The translations under genes were made by a program, and so were the position numbers. Under the pieces are notes generated by a model. That model ran no database searches, was not told the origin of the DNA, and worked only from the letters and a program-made list of their open reading frames with translations. From Chloroflexota bacterium (GTDB taxonomy: Bacteria > Chloroflexota > Dehalococcoidia > Lucifugimonadales > Lucifugimonadaceae), in contig PBHC01000013.1 in assembly GCA_002719295.1 (NCBI GenBank), positions 1-20,865 of the forward strand: 20,865 nucleotides of DNA, written 5' to 3'. This document shows, one piece after another, positions 8,694-17,185 of the stretch (the stretch's first letter is position 1; every line of letters starts with the position of its first letter).

Positions 8694-9704
8694 ATGTCTA
8701 CAAATATAGGAATTAATGGTTTTGGTAGAATCGGAAGGCAGATTCTCAGAATTATTGCTGAAGAAGATTTAGATATAAAAATAGTTGCAATAAATGGAAG
8801 ATCTGAGATAGAAACTTATAAGCATTTACTGAAGTACGATTCTGCTTATGGAAAAATAAAAATAGATATAAAAAACGACAAAGATTTTTTATATTTAGGT
8901 GATAGAAAAATTAGATTTTTCAATGAAAACAATCCTGAAAATATCCCTTGGTCTGAAGAAAATGTAAAAATAGTTATTGAATCAACAGGGAAATTTAATT
9001 CGAAAGAAAAGGCAAGCGCTCATTTAGGCAATGGCGTAAAAAAAGTTTTGCTAACCGCTCCTGGAAAAAATGAAGATGCAACTATTGTATTGGGAGTGAA
9101 TGAGGATATATATGATAATGAAAAACATCATATAATTTCTAATTCTTCATGCACAACAAACTGTTTGGCCCCAATAGTTAAGATTTTAGAGGATAACTAT
9201 AAAATCAAGAGCGGCTTTATGACTACAATTCACTCTTACACAAATGATCAAAATATTTTGGATAATTCACATAAAGATCTAAGAAGAGCAAGAGCTGGAG
9301 CATCAAGCATAATTCCAACAACTACGGGTGCTGCAAAATCAGTGGGGAAAGTAATAAAATCAGTTGAAGGAAAACTAGACGGGATGGCATTCAGGGTTCC
9401 TACTCCAAGTTGTTCTGTAGTTGATTTAAATGTGATTCTTGAAAAAAAAACAAGCTCATTAGAAATAAATAAATTATTTACAGAATACTCTAAAGGTAAA
9501 CTTAAAGGTATTTTAGATGTGACAAATGAAAATTTAGTTTCCATTGATTTTTTAGGTAACAAACACTCTTCAATAATAGACTTGAATTCAACGATGGAAG
9601 TTGGAGATAATATGTTTAAAATTGTTAGCTGGTACGATAATGAGTGGGGATATGCACATAGAACTATTGATCTGGTACAGATATTGTCGACAAAATTAGA
9701 TTAA
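8694..9704 (+). CDS. gap: Type I glyceraldehyde-3-phosphate dehydrogenase (NADP-type signature residues)
   Basis: INGFGRIGR, SCTTNCLAP, DLRRARA, IIPTTTGAA, GMAFRVPT, WYDNEWGY. Confidence 0.97.
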   Translation: MSTNIGINGFGRIGRQILRIIAEEDLDIKIVAINGRSEIETYKHLLKYDSAYGKIKIDIKNDKDFLYLGDRKIRFFNENNPENIPWSEENVKIVIESTGKFNSKEKASAHLGNGVKKVLLTAPGKNEDATIVLGVNEDIYDNEKHHIISNSSCTTNCLAPIVKILEDNYKIKSGFMTTIHSYTNDQNILDNSHKDLRRARAGASSIIPTTTGAAKSVGKVIKSVEGKLDGMAFRVPTPSCSVVDLNVILEKKTSSLEINKLFTEYSKGKLKGILDVTNENLVSIDFLGNKHSSIIDLNSTMEVGDNMFKIVSWYDNEWGYAHRTIDLVQILSTKLD

Positions 9705-9707
9705 ATA

Positions 9708-9736
9708 ATGACTAAATCTAAATAATTTACTATTAT
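9708..9736 (+). promoter_or_regulatory. Putative sigma70 promoter for pdxS-pdxT
   Basis: ATGACT (9708-9713), 17-bp spacer, TATTAT (9731-9736); predicts a start site near 9742-9744. Confidence 0.5.
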
Positions 9737-9742
9737 AGTACA

Positions 9743-9785
9743 TATACGGGTTCGGTGTCGTATAAACAAACAAAAAGCCGAGGAG
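9743..9785 (+). promoter_or_regulatory. Candidate cis-regulatory RNA: H-type pseudoknot overlapping the pdxS Shine-Dalgarno
   Basis: P1 UAUACGG(9743-9749)/UCGUAUA(9758-9764); P2 UUCGGU(9751-9756)/GCCGAG(9777-9782); A-rich linker 9765-9776; SD GAGGAG 9780-9785. Confidence 0.55.
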
Positions 9786-9793
9786 ATAAAAAA

Positions 9794-10726
9794 ATGAGTA
9801 CATTAAAAGACAAAAAATCAAAATCATGGAAAGAACAATCACTTCCTGAAGTAGGAAATTGGAGAGTCAAAGGCGGATTGGCGCAAATGCTTAAAGGAGG
9901 AGTAATAATGGATGTTGTTACCCCTGATGAAGCAAAAATAGCCGAAGATGCTGGAGCTGTTGCAGTAATGGCATTGGAAAGAGTCCCTTCTGACATTAGA
10001 AGAGACGGAGGAGTAGCAAGAGCTTCTGACCCAGAAATGATAACAGGAATTATTGATGCTGTTTCAATTCCAGTTATGGCAAAGGCTAGAATTGGTCACT
10101 TTGCGGAAGCGCAAGTATTAGAAGCACTAGGTGTTGATTACTGTGATGAATCTGAGGTTCTTACTCCAGCAGATAATGAATATCATATTAACAAGTGGGA
10201 ATATAAAATGCCATTTGTTTGTGGAGCAACAAATTTAGGAGAAGCTTTGAGAAGAATTGGTGAAGGAGCTTCAATGATAAGAACAAAAGGAGAAGCTGGC
10301 ACAGGTGATGTTGTTCAAGCAGTAACTCATGCTAGACAGATTCTTTCTGATATAAAAAAAATACAAAGATTAGACGATGAAGAACTAATGACAGAAGCAA
10401 AAAATTTAGGAGCCCCTTACGAATTAGTTTGTGAAGTAAAAAATACAGGAAAACTTCCTGTTGTAAATTTTGCGGCTGGTGGAATTGCAACTCCTGCTGA
10501 TGCAGCATTATTAATGCAAATAGGAGTAGAAGGTGTTTTTGTAGGATCAGGAATTTTCAAGAGTGGGAATCCTTCAAAAATGGCTGATGCAATTGTTCAA
10601 GCAACAACTCACTATGAAGATGCAGATTTGATTGCAGAAATATCTAAAAATTTGGGTGGTGCTATGAAAGGTGATGAAGTTTCTAAATTAGATCCATCAG
10701 AAAGATTAGAAAAAAGAGGTTGGTAA
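9794..10726 (+). CDS. pdxS: Pyridoxal 5'-phosphate synthase lyase subunit
   Basis: [59 protein letters not shown]-terminal RGW. Start moved from GTG 9755 to ATG 9794, which has AGGAG 8 nt upstream. Confidence 0.98.
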   Translation: MSTLKDKKSKSWKEQSLPEVGNWRVKGGLAQMLKGGVIMDVVTPDEAKIAEDAGAVAVMALERVPSDIRRDGGVARASDPEMITGIIDAVSIPVMAKARIGHFAEAQVLEALGVDYCDESEVLTPADNEYHINKWEYKMPFVCGATNLGEALRRIGEGASMIRTKGEAGTGDVVQAVTHARQILSDIKKIQRLDDEELMTEAKNLGAPYELVCEVKNTGKLPVVNFAAGGIATPADAALLMQIGVEGVFVGSGIFKSGNPSKMADAIVQATTHYEDADLIAEISKNLGGAMKGDEVSKLDPSERLEKRGW

Positions 10727-11304
10727 ATTCCAAAGTAAAAATTGGAGTTCTAGCATTACAAGGTGATTTTGCAGAACATATCGAAGTTCTTGAGAGCTTA
10801 AATATTGAATGTTCATTAGTAAAAAAAACCTCTGAACTAGACAACCTAGATGGTTTAATTATTCCAGGTGGAGAGTCTACTGCCATAAAAAAACTTATAG
10901 ACAGGTATGGATTTGAATTAGCCATTAAAGACAAAGTTGATTCTGGAATGTCTTTATGGGGTACTTGTGCTGGATTAATTTGTATAGCAAATACCCTTAC
11001 AGAATCTGATCCAATTCCTATGAAGTTAATTAATGCTGAAGTTTCTAGAAACTGGTTTGGCAGACAAGTTGATTCATTTGAATCAAATATTGAATTTAAA
11101 GGAATAGAAGAAAAAATAAAAGCTGTTTTTATTAGAGCCCCCATAGTTAAAAATATTTCTAAAAATGTTAAAGTTCTTTCCACTCTCGAAGATGGAACAA
11201 TTGTAGCAATACAAGAAAATAAAATTATGGGGACTTCTTTTCATCCTGAAATTACAGGATCTTCAAAAGTGCATGAGTATTTCATAAATTTAACAAAGGG
11301 GTAA
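10720..11304 (+). CDS. pdxT: Pyridoxal 5'-phosphate synthase glutaminase subunit
   Basis: [43 protein letters not shown]; overlaps the pdxS stop. Confidence 0.98.
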   Translation: MVNSKVKIGVLALQGDFAEHIEVLESLNIECSLVKKTSELDNLDGLIIPGGESTAIKKLIDRYGFELAIKDKVDSGMSLWGTCAGLICIANTLTESDPIPMKLINAEVSRNWFGRQVDSFESNIEFKGIEEKIKAVFIRAPIVKNISKNVKVLSTLEDGTIVAIQENKIMGTSFHPEITGSSKVHEYFINLTKG

Positions 11305-11343
11305 TTAATATTTCACAAAAATATTGATATAAACTTAAATATT

Positions 11344-12930
11344 ATGTTTAAAGAAAATTTAGAAATTTTAGATGATTTAGATTTATTTTTAGATATTTTA
11401 CCGAAAAAAATCACAAAAAATATTGATCAACAAAATCAAGAACTTATAGAAGTGGTCATGGATATAGGAAGACCTCCTGTAATTATTTATTCAAAAAGTA
11501 AAAAGACCTTAGATAAGGAAATTGTTACAGATTTAGACCTTAGCTTTGTTCTTGAAAAATTAGGCCATGTTGGTGATGATAACAGAGCTGGTATAGAAAA
11601 AACTCTTCATAGAATTTCATTGATTCGCAATAGAGGAAGTAAAACAATTGGCTTAACATGTAGAGTTGGAAGAGCAATTTTTGGAAGTATCCAAGTAATA
11701 GAAGATTTTATAGGAAATGGAAAAAGTATTCTAATTATGGGGAAACCAGGAATTGGTAAAACTACAATGTTGAGAGAAATAGCTAGACTATTGGCTGATA
11801 AGGAAGAAAAAAGAGTAGTTGTAATAGATACTTCAAATGAAATCGCAGGAGATGGAGATATCCCTCACCCTGCAATAGGATCTGCTAGAAGAATGCAAGT
11901 AAAAAATACAGACCTTCAACACAATGTTATGATTGAAGCTGTAGAAAATCATATGCCTGAAGTAATAGTTATAGATGAGATTAGCACTGAAAAAGAAGCA
12001 ATGGCATCAAGGACCATTGCAGAAAGAGGTGTTCAGCTAATAGCCACAGCACATGGTAATACATTAGATAATCTTATAATAAACCCTACTCTGAGTGATC
12101 TAATAGGAGGAGTAAAGTCAGTTACTTTAGGAGACATTGAAGCAAGGCGAAGAAAGACTCAAAAAACTGTTCTAGAAAGGGAGTTTGAACCAACTTTTGA
12201 TATTTTAGTTGAAATAATCGATAGAAACGAAGTTGCAGTTCACTTTGATGTAGCAATGGCTGTAGATAAAAAATTAAGAGGAATTTCAACAAATACAGAA
12301 ATAAGAAAAATCTCAAAAGGTAAATTAATTAAATTAAGCGATGAAAAAAATAGTAATGATTTATCAAAGAATAAAAAGAACTTATTAGAGAACAAGCAAA
12401 ATCTAATAGTAGAAGAAAATGAAGAAAAACCAAATCAAAAAAAAATCAATGTTTTTCCATTTGGACTTCAAAAAACCAAATTAAAGAAGTTATCTAAATC
12501 TTTTTTTTCAAACATAAGGATTGTTTCTAAGCCTGAATCAGCTAAAATCATACTAACTACAAAATCTAATTATTCTAAAGAACCTAAACCAAAAATTATA
12601 GAAATGGCAGAAAAAGTAGGAATCCCAATACATCTAATTAAAAAAGGGTCAAGTGATCAAATAACTAGATTCTTAGAAAAAATAAGTGACGAAAAATCTT
12701 CAAAACAAAATTTTGTTGATAATAAACTTGACACAGATAACTCTGAAGCTTTAAATGAAGTTAAGATTGGTATAAAAAAAATCAAAAATGGAGAAAATGA
12801 AATAGAGCTATCCCCTCAAGATTCTTATATCAGAAGAAAGCAACATTTTTTTGCTACAAACGAAGGTATAGGTTCAATTTCTATAGGTGAAGAAAGCAAC
12901 AGAAGGATAGTTCTTAAAAAAAGAAAATAA
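11344..12930 (+). CDS. SpoIIIAA/Ycf45-like AAA ATPase with C-terminal R3H domain
   Basis: Walker A GKPGIGKTT, DTSNEIAGDGDIPHPAIG, EAVENHMPEVIVIDEI, ATAHG; R3H-like LSPQ..YIRRKQH...GEE..RR. Confidence 0.9.
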   Translation: MFKENLEILDDLDLFLDILPKKITKNIDQQNQELIEVVMDIGRPPVIIYSKSKKTLDKEIVTDLDLSFVLEKLGHVGDDNRAGIEKTLHRISLIRNRGSKTIGLTCRVGRAIFGSIQVIEDFIGNGKSILIMGKPGIGKTTMLREIARLLADKEEKRVVVIDTSNEIAGDGDIPHPAIGSARRMQVKNTDLQHNVMIEAVENHMPEVIVIDEISTEKEAMASRTIAERGVQLIATAHGNTLDNLIINPTLSDLIGGVKSVTLGDIEARRRKTQKTVLEREFEPTFDILVEIIDRNEVAVHFDVAMAVDKKLRGISTNTEIRKISKGKLIKLSDEKNSNDLSKNKKNLLENKQNLIVEENEEKPNQKKINVFPFGLQKTKLKKLSKSFFSNIRIVSKPESAKIILTTKSNYSKEPKPKIIEMAEKVGIPIHLIKKGSSDQITRFLEKISDEKSSKQNFVDNKLDTDNSEALNEVKIGIKKIKNGENEIELSPQDSYIRRKQHFFATNEGIGSISIGEESNRRIVLKKRK

Positions 12931-13694
12931 TGGCTTCAACGAAAAAATCAGAAAGAAACTTAAAATTATTTAATTTCCCAGAAGACGGGAAATCTTCAAA
13001 AAATATTCTCTCTAAGGGATTACTAATTAGCTTTGAAGGTGGAGAAGGCTCAGGGAAATCTACTCAGTGTAAAAGGCTTGTAAATAAGCTAGTAGATGAA
13101 GGTATTAACTCAATCCTAATCCATGAACCAGGAAATACCGCACTAGGAGAACAAGTTAGAAAATGGGTTAAATCTAAAAGTATCCAAAATCCAATTGCCG
13201 AGACCTATTTATTTTGTGCAGCAAGGGCTGAGTTATGTAAATCTGTAATTGTCCCTGCATTAAATAAAGGGGTGACTGTAATTGTCGATAGATTTATTCA
13301 CTCAACGTTAGCATATCAAGGATATGGAAAAGGAGTAGATCTAGAAATAATAAATAACTTAAATAAAATAACTACAAATGAATTGTTTCCAGACTTAACT
13401 ATTTTACTTGATATAGATCCAAATGTTTCAAATACAAGAATTAATAAATCAATAAATATAGAATTAGATTCTCTAGAAAAATCAAAAAAAAGTAAACGCG
13501 AAAATTATGAAGGTAACAAGTATGAAAATATGGATAATAGTTTTCATAATAAAGTTAGAAATGGCTACCTAGAAATGGCTAATAACAATCGATCATCTTG
13601 GAGCATAGTTGGAGGGCATCAAACTGAATCTAGGGTAGCAGATTCTATTTGGAAAAGAGTAAATAGACTTATAGAAAGCCATAAAGCTACATAA
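12930..13694 (+). CDS. tmk: Thymidylate kinase
   Basis: FEGGEGSGKSTQ P-loop, EPG, LF.AAR, DRF..STLAYQGYG, PDLTILLD; TAATG coupling to the upstream gene. Confidence 0.96.
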   Translation: MASTKKSERNLKLFNFPEDGKSSKNILSKGLLISFEGGEGSGKSTQCKRLVNKLVDEGINSILIHEPGNTALGEQVRKWVKSKSIQNPIAETYLFCAARAELCKSVIVPALNKGVTVIVDRFIHSTLAYQGYGKGVDLEIINNLNKITTNELFPDLTILLDIDPNVSNTRINKSINIELDSLEKSKKSKRENYEGNKYENMDNSFHNKVRNGYLEMANNNRSSWSIVGGHQTESRVADSIWKRVNRLIESHKAT

Positions 13695-14094
13695 TTTTTT
13701 TCATTTTTCTCCAGCTAGAAATAATTTCTAAATCATGGTCAAATGCCAAATCTGGTAGATTATTGATTTCAAAAAAACCTACTTCTAATGTCTCATCTAA
13801 AGGTTTTATGTCTCCAGATATAAATTTTAAATTCCAAACTAGAAGAATGATAGGAGAATCAGTATTTGAGTAGACTCCAGATATCCAATCTGCTTTGACT
13901 ATTATTCCACATTCTTCAAGAAGTTCTCTTTCAATTGCATCTTCAACTTTTTCAAATCTGTTTATATATCCTGAAGGCATACTCCATAAACCATACCCAG
14001 GCTCTATTCCTCGTTTGACTAATAAAATTTTATTTTCTTTTTCTAAAATCCCTACTCCTACAACTTTAGGGTCTAGATATTTTTGATGATCCAT
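13687..14094 (-). CDS. NUDIX hydrolase
   Basis: Nudix box GYINRFEKVEDAIERELLEECG; LLVKR.IEP..G.W and LAFDH motifs. Confidence 0.93.
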   Translation of the reverse strand: MDHQKYLDPKVVGVGILEKENKILLVKRGIEPGYGLWSMPSGYINRFEKVEDAIERELLEECGIIVKADWISGVYSNTDSPIILLVWNLKFISGDIKPLDETLEVGFFEINNLPDLAFDHDLEIISSWRKMKKIM

Positions 14095-14138
14095 ATTTAT
14101 AATCGATTTATAACTTATATATTTAATAATATAAAATT

Positions 14139-14777
14139 ATGGCAAAAAAAGATTTAGAAAGAATAAAGATAGTCAAATATCTTATAAATAGTGATAAACA
14201 ATTAGGTAAATTTATAGATTTTTTTGAAAAAGAAAATTTTATAATTCAGGACGATTATAAAAAACAATCAGACTTCTTATCATTAGTTAGAATCATTATA
14301 GGACAGCAATTAAGTATAAGTGCCGCATCAAGTATTTATGTTAAATTTACTGATAGATATGGGGATAAAATAAATAACCTTACAATAAATGATTCTACTG
14401 AAAAAACACTTAATAATTTAGGTTTATCGAAATCAAAAACAAATACAATTTTAGAGCTTTCAAACTTAATTACAAATAATAAATTAGACCTCAATTTTGT
14501 TTCTAATCTCCAAGAAGAAGAAGCTAAAAAAATTCTTTGTGAAATCAAAGGAATCGGTCCTTGGACAGTTGAAAATTTCCTTCTATTTACTGGAGGTAAT
14601 AAGGATATTTGCCCTGCAAATGACCTAGGAGTAAAAAAAGGCATTCAAAAAATTTACAAATTAGATAATATCCCATCTGACGAAGAGGTATATAAAATTT
14701 CTGAAAAATGGAGACCTTATAGATCTTTAGCTGTCAGGTATATTTGGGAAGTAGTTGATCAAAATATTAGCTTTTAA
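14139..14777 (+). CDS. DNA-3-methyladenine glycosylase, AlkA-like HhH-GPD family
   Basis: IIGQQLS, GLSKSK, HhH LCEIKGIGPWT, P..DLG and W.PYRSLA..Y.W motifs. Confidence 0.92.
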   Translation: MAKKDLERIKIVKYLINSDKQLGKFIDFFEKENFIIQDDYKKQSDFLSLVRIIIGQQLSISAASSIYVKFTDRYGDKINNLTINDSTEKTLNNLGLSKSKTNTILELSNLITNNKLDLNFVSNLQEEEAKKILCEIKGIGPWTVENFLLFTGGNKDICPANDLGVKKGIQKIYKLDNIPSDEEVYKISEKWRPYRSLAVRYIWEVVDQNISF

Positions 14778-15960
14778 TAACTTTTTTATTGCTTAATAAA
14801 ATTGTAAAAATGATTAAAGCAATACCTGAAAAAATAAAAGCTATATTCACTCCAAATTTATCAGCGATAATTCCCATAGGAATTGCGCCTAGAGGAATAA
14901 ATCCAAAACTCATAGCATAGAATCCCATAACTCTCCCTCTGAACTCTACAGGAGTTTTTTCAATAATCATTGAAGGATTTAGAGATCTTCTACCAGCATC
15001 TCCTATTCCTAAAAAGAAACATATAAAAATAGAAAAAAGAGTAAAAGATGAAAATCCTAAAATTAATATAGAAATACCTGAAATAATTGAAGTCAGTAAA
15101 ATATATTTTCCTTTTTTTGAATCTTGAGGGATTGAAGCTGCGATTAAAGTTCCAAGCAATGCTCCACCTCCTATAGATGCAAGCATTAATCCGACTTGTA
15201 AGGCTCCACCTGAAAGTCGTTCAGATGCATAAGGTGCAAACAAGGTTCTTGTAGGCATTGTCAATAGAGTTGTAATTAGTGCCAATAAGATCAAATACAT
15301 AAGTAAATTGTTACTCTTAAGAACAAGAAATACATCTTTGATTTCTCTGAACATTTTAGGTTTCTTAGTATTCTTTGATTTAGTACTTGGAATCATCGAA
15401 GTACTAAAAATAGCGATTATGCAGAATAAAGTTATTAATACATAGGTCATTCCTGGTCCAAAATAATGATATACCAATCCTCCTATTGCGGGAGAAATCA
15501 TTGTGGTTAGAGACATACCTGCAGCATTTAAAGAAACTGCATTATTAAGTTGGTTATCATCTACTAATTCAGCTATTATTGACTGACGAGCTGGCATCAT
15601 AAAAGCCCAAAATGTTCCTTGAAAAAAAGAGACAATAATTAAATGGTAAATAGTAATAGTATTAGTAAAAATTGAGATAGCTATAAACGAAGTTATAAAA
15701 ATAACACCTAGCTGGCCTAGTTGAATTATATTTTTATTATCAAATCTATCTGAAACAACTCCACCAAAAACAGAGAATAATAACATTGGTGGTGCGAATC
15801 CTACTCCGACTAAGGTCACTGCAAGTGATGATGATGTCAAATCCCATCCTAGTTGAGATCTTGCTAGCATTTGTATATTCATACCACCTATCATCGAAAT
15901 CATACCAAAAACTAAAAATCTAAAATTTCTATTTCTTAATGAATCAAAAGTATTAATCAA
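14767..15960 (-). CDS. MFS transporter
   Basis: About 12 hydrophobic segments; SLRNRNFR, GGVVSDRFD (motif A), P.RQSII, P.EFRGRVMG, G.IADKFG. Confidence 0.92.
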   Translation of the reverse strand: MINTFDSLRNRNFRFLVFGMISMIGGMNIQMLARSQLGWDLTSSSLAVTLVGVGFAPPMLLFSVFGGVVSDRFDNKNIIQLGQLGVIFITSFIAISIFTNTITIYHLIIVSFFQGTFWAFMMPARQSIIAELVDDNQLNNAVSLNAAGMSLTTMISPAIGGLVYHYFGPGMTYVLITLFCIIAIFSTSMIPSTKSKNTKKPKMFREIKDVFLVLKSNNLLMYLILLALITTLLTMPTRTLFAPYASERLSGGALQVGLMLASIGGGALLGTLIAASIPQDSKKGKYILLTSIISGISILILGFSSFTLFSIFICFFLGIGDAGRRSLNPSMIIEKTPVEFRGRVMGFYAMSFGFIPLGAIPMGIIADKFGVNIAFIFSGIALIIFTILLSNKKVIKS

Positions 15961-15963
15961 ATT

Positions 15964-15979
15964 TCTGGACCAGACTAGT
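15964..15979. promoter_or_regulatory. Possible GntR/HutC-type operator in the divergent MFS/DMT spacer
   Basis: TCTGGACCAGACTAGT matches the palindrome ACTGGTCTAGACCAGT at 12/16; lies 3 nt upstream of the MFS start. Confidence 0.25.
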
Positions 15980-16041
15980 TAACAATAAGTTATAATTAAA
16001 TCTCTCATATGAGTTAATCAATAACCTTAGTTTATAGGAAT

Positions 16042-16914
16042 ATGGAATCTTTTTTTCAGTTTGCTGCTTTAATTAGTGCCTTTACATGGACAACATCTGG
16101 CGTGATATTAAAAAAAATTAATTTTAATAGATATTTTAGTTTTCCTTTTTATGAAGCATTAATTTCATTATCAATAATGGTAATAATAATAACTTTTATA
16201 CAAGAATGGTCAGCTATTTTTAATGAAAAGCCGTTAGATTTAGCAATGTTTAGCATAGCAGCATTATTAAGTTGTATAGGAACTGTTTTTTACGTTATTT
16301 CATTAAAAAATAATCCTATGGGAGTAACATTTACCTTATGTGCAGTATCTACAATTTTGATGAGCCTTACTTTAGATTTCGCAATAAATAACGTAAATTA
16401 CAGTATTGCAGTTTTTATAGGTGCATTAATAGTTCTTATAAGTATTTTTATTATCAACTTTCAGAGCTTTAGAGAGTTTGAAAATAAAAGTCTTTTAGGG
16501 ATCTTAGGTGGAGTTTTTGCAGGAAGTTTATGGGGAATTGCGGTATTTTTTAATGACAAAGCTCTTATAGAAAGTAGTATCTTAACAGGAGCTATTGTTA
16601 GAGCTGTAATCAGCGTAATTGCACTTGGTATATTAAGTGAAATCATGAGACAAAGATTAGAAACAACTAGCAACATAAAAGAGGTTTCAAAAGTATTAAT
16701 TGCAGGTTCATTGATTACATTTTCAAGTTTATTATGGTTTTTGTCATTAAATACAATTACTGGTTCTTTGACAACAATTTTTGGAAATACAGCCCCTGTT
16801 TTCGCAATATTATTGGGGTTTTTCTTCTTAAATGAAAAAATTCATAAATCAGAAATTTTAGGAATTTTTTTAGCATTTATAGGGATAGTTATCATAATAA
16901 TATCTAAAACCTAA
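16042..16914 (+). CDS. DMT/EamA family transporter
   Basis: About 10 transmembrane segments in two repeats; C-terminal PVFAILLGFFFLNEK...G..L...G pattern; AGGA SD. Confidence 0.88.
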   Translation: MESFFQFAALISAFTWTTSGVILKKINFNRYFSFPFYEALISLSIMVIIITFIQEWSAIFNEKPLDLAMFSIAALLSCIGTVFYVISLKNNPMGVTFTLCAVSTILMSLTLDFAINNVNYSIAVFIGALIVLISIFIINFQSFREFENKSLLGILGGVFAGSLWGIAVFFNDKALIESSILTGAIVRAVISVIALGILSEIMRQRLETTSNIKEVSKVLIAGSLITFSSLLWFLSLNTITGSLTTIFGNTAPVFAILLGFFFLNEKIHKSEILGIFLAFIGIVIIIISKT

Positions 16915-16991
16915 TTACATCTGGTTACTCCTAACCAGACTAAAATAAATGGTCCCACCAGCATAAAAATACTTATTATTCGTACAAACAT
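16911..16991 (-). CDS. Possible 26-aa hydrophobic small protein MFVRIISIFMLVGPFILVWLGVTRCN
   Basis: Hand-translated; one transmembrane-length segment; 4-nt convergent overlap with DMT; no clear SD. Confidence 0.25.
   Translation of the reverse strand: MFVRIISIFMLVGPFILVWLGVTRCN
16920..16939. other. Perfect 8-bp hairpin at a convergent junction (possible terminator or processing site)
   Basis: TCTGGTTA-ctcc-TAACCAGA, 5 nt after the DMT stop; no clear U-tract on either strand. Confidence 0.4.
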
Positions 16992-17091
16992 AAATAAAAA
17001 TGAAAGTTAATACTGATAAATTCTAACATCAGAAGAAAAAATAAGGATAGTTATTAATTATGCAAAGATTTACAAGTTTTTATAATTATTA

Positions 17092-17181
17092 TTAAAAGGT
17101 TCTACTTAAAAAAACTGAAACTATCATAATAATCATAATTAAAGAAAAAATTATTTTAGCTTTTACTAACTTTATAAGCAT
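17092..17181 (-). CDS. Possible 29-aa hydrophobic small protein MLIKLVKAKIIFSLIMIIMIVSVFLSRTF
   Basis: Hand-translated; ATG lies 4 nt after the stop of the RraA-family gene; basic N-terminus plus hydrophobic core. Confidence 0.25.
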   Translation of the reverse strand: MLIKLVKAKIIFSLIMIIMIVSVFLSRTF

Positions 17182-17185
17182 GAAA

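Noticed and set aside
9755..9793. GTG 9755 start for pdxS from the ORF track
   Set aside because: No SD upstream, whereas ATG 9794 has a well-spaced AGGAG; the GTG falls within the hairpin loop.
1266..11304. glyA, ilvE and pdxST as a PLP gene cluster
   Set aside because: They are in different transcription units separated by unrelated housekeeping genes, and I saw no shared upstream motif.
15969..16942. 9-bp direct repeat ACCAGACTA flanking the DMT gene (15969-15977 and 16934-16942) as a target-site duplication
   Set aside because: A 9-mer match between two AT-rich spacers is plausible by chance; no terminal inverted repeats or transposase.
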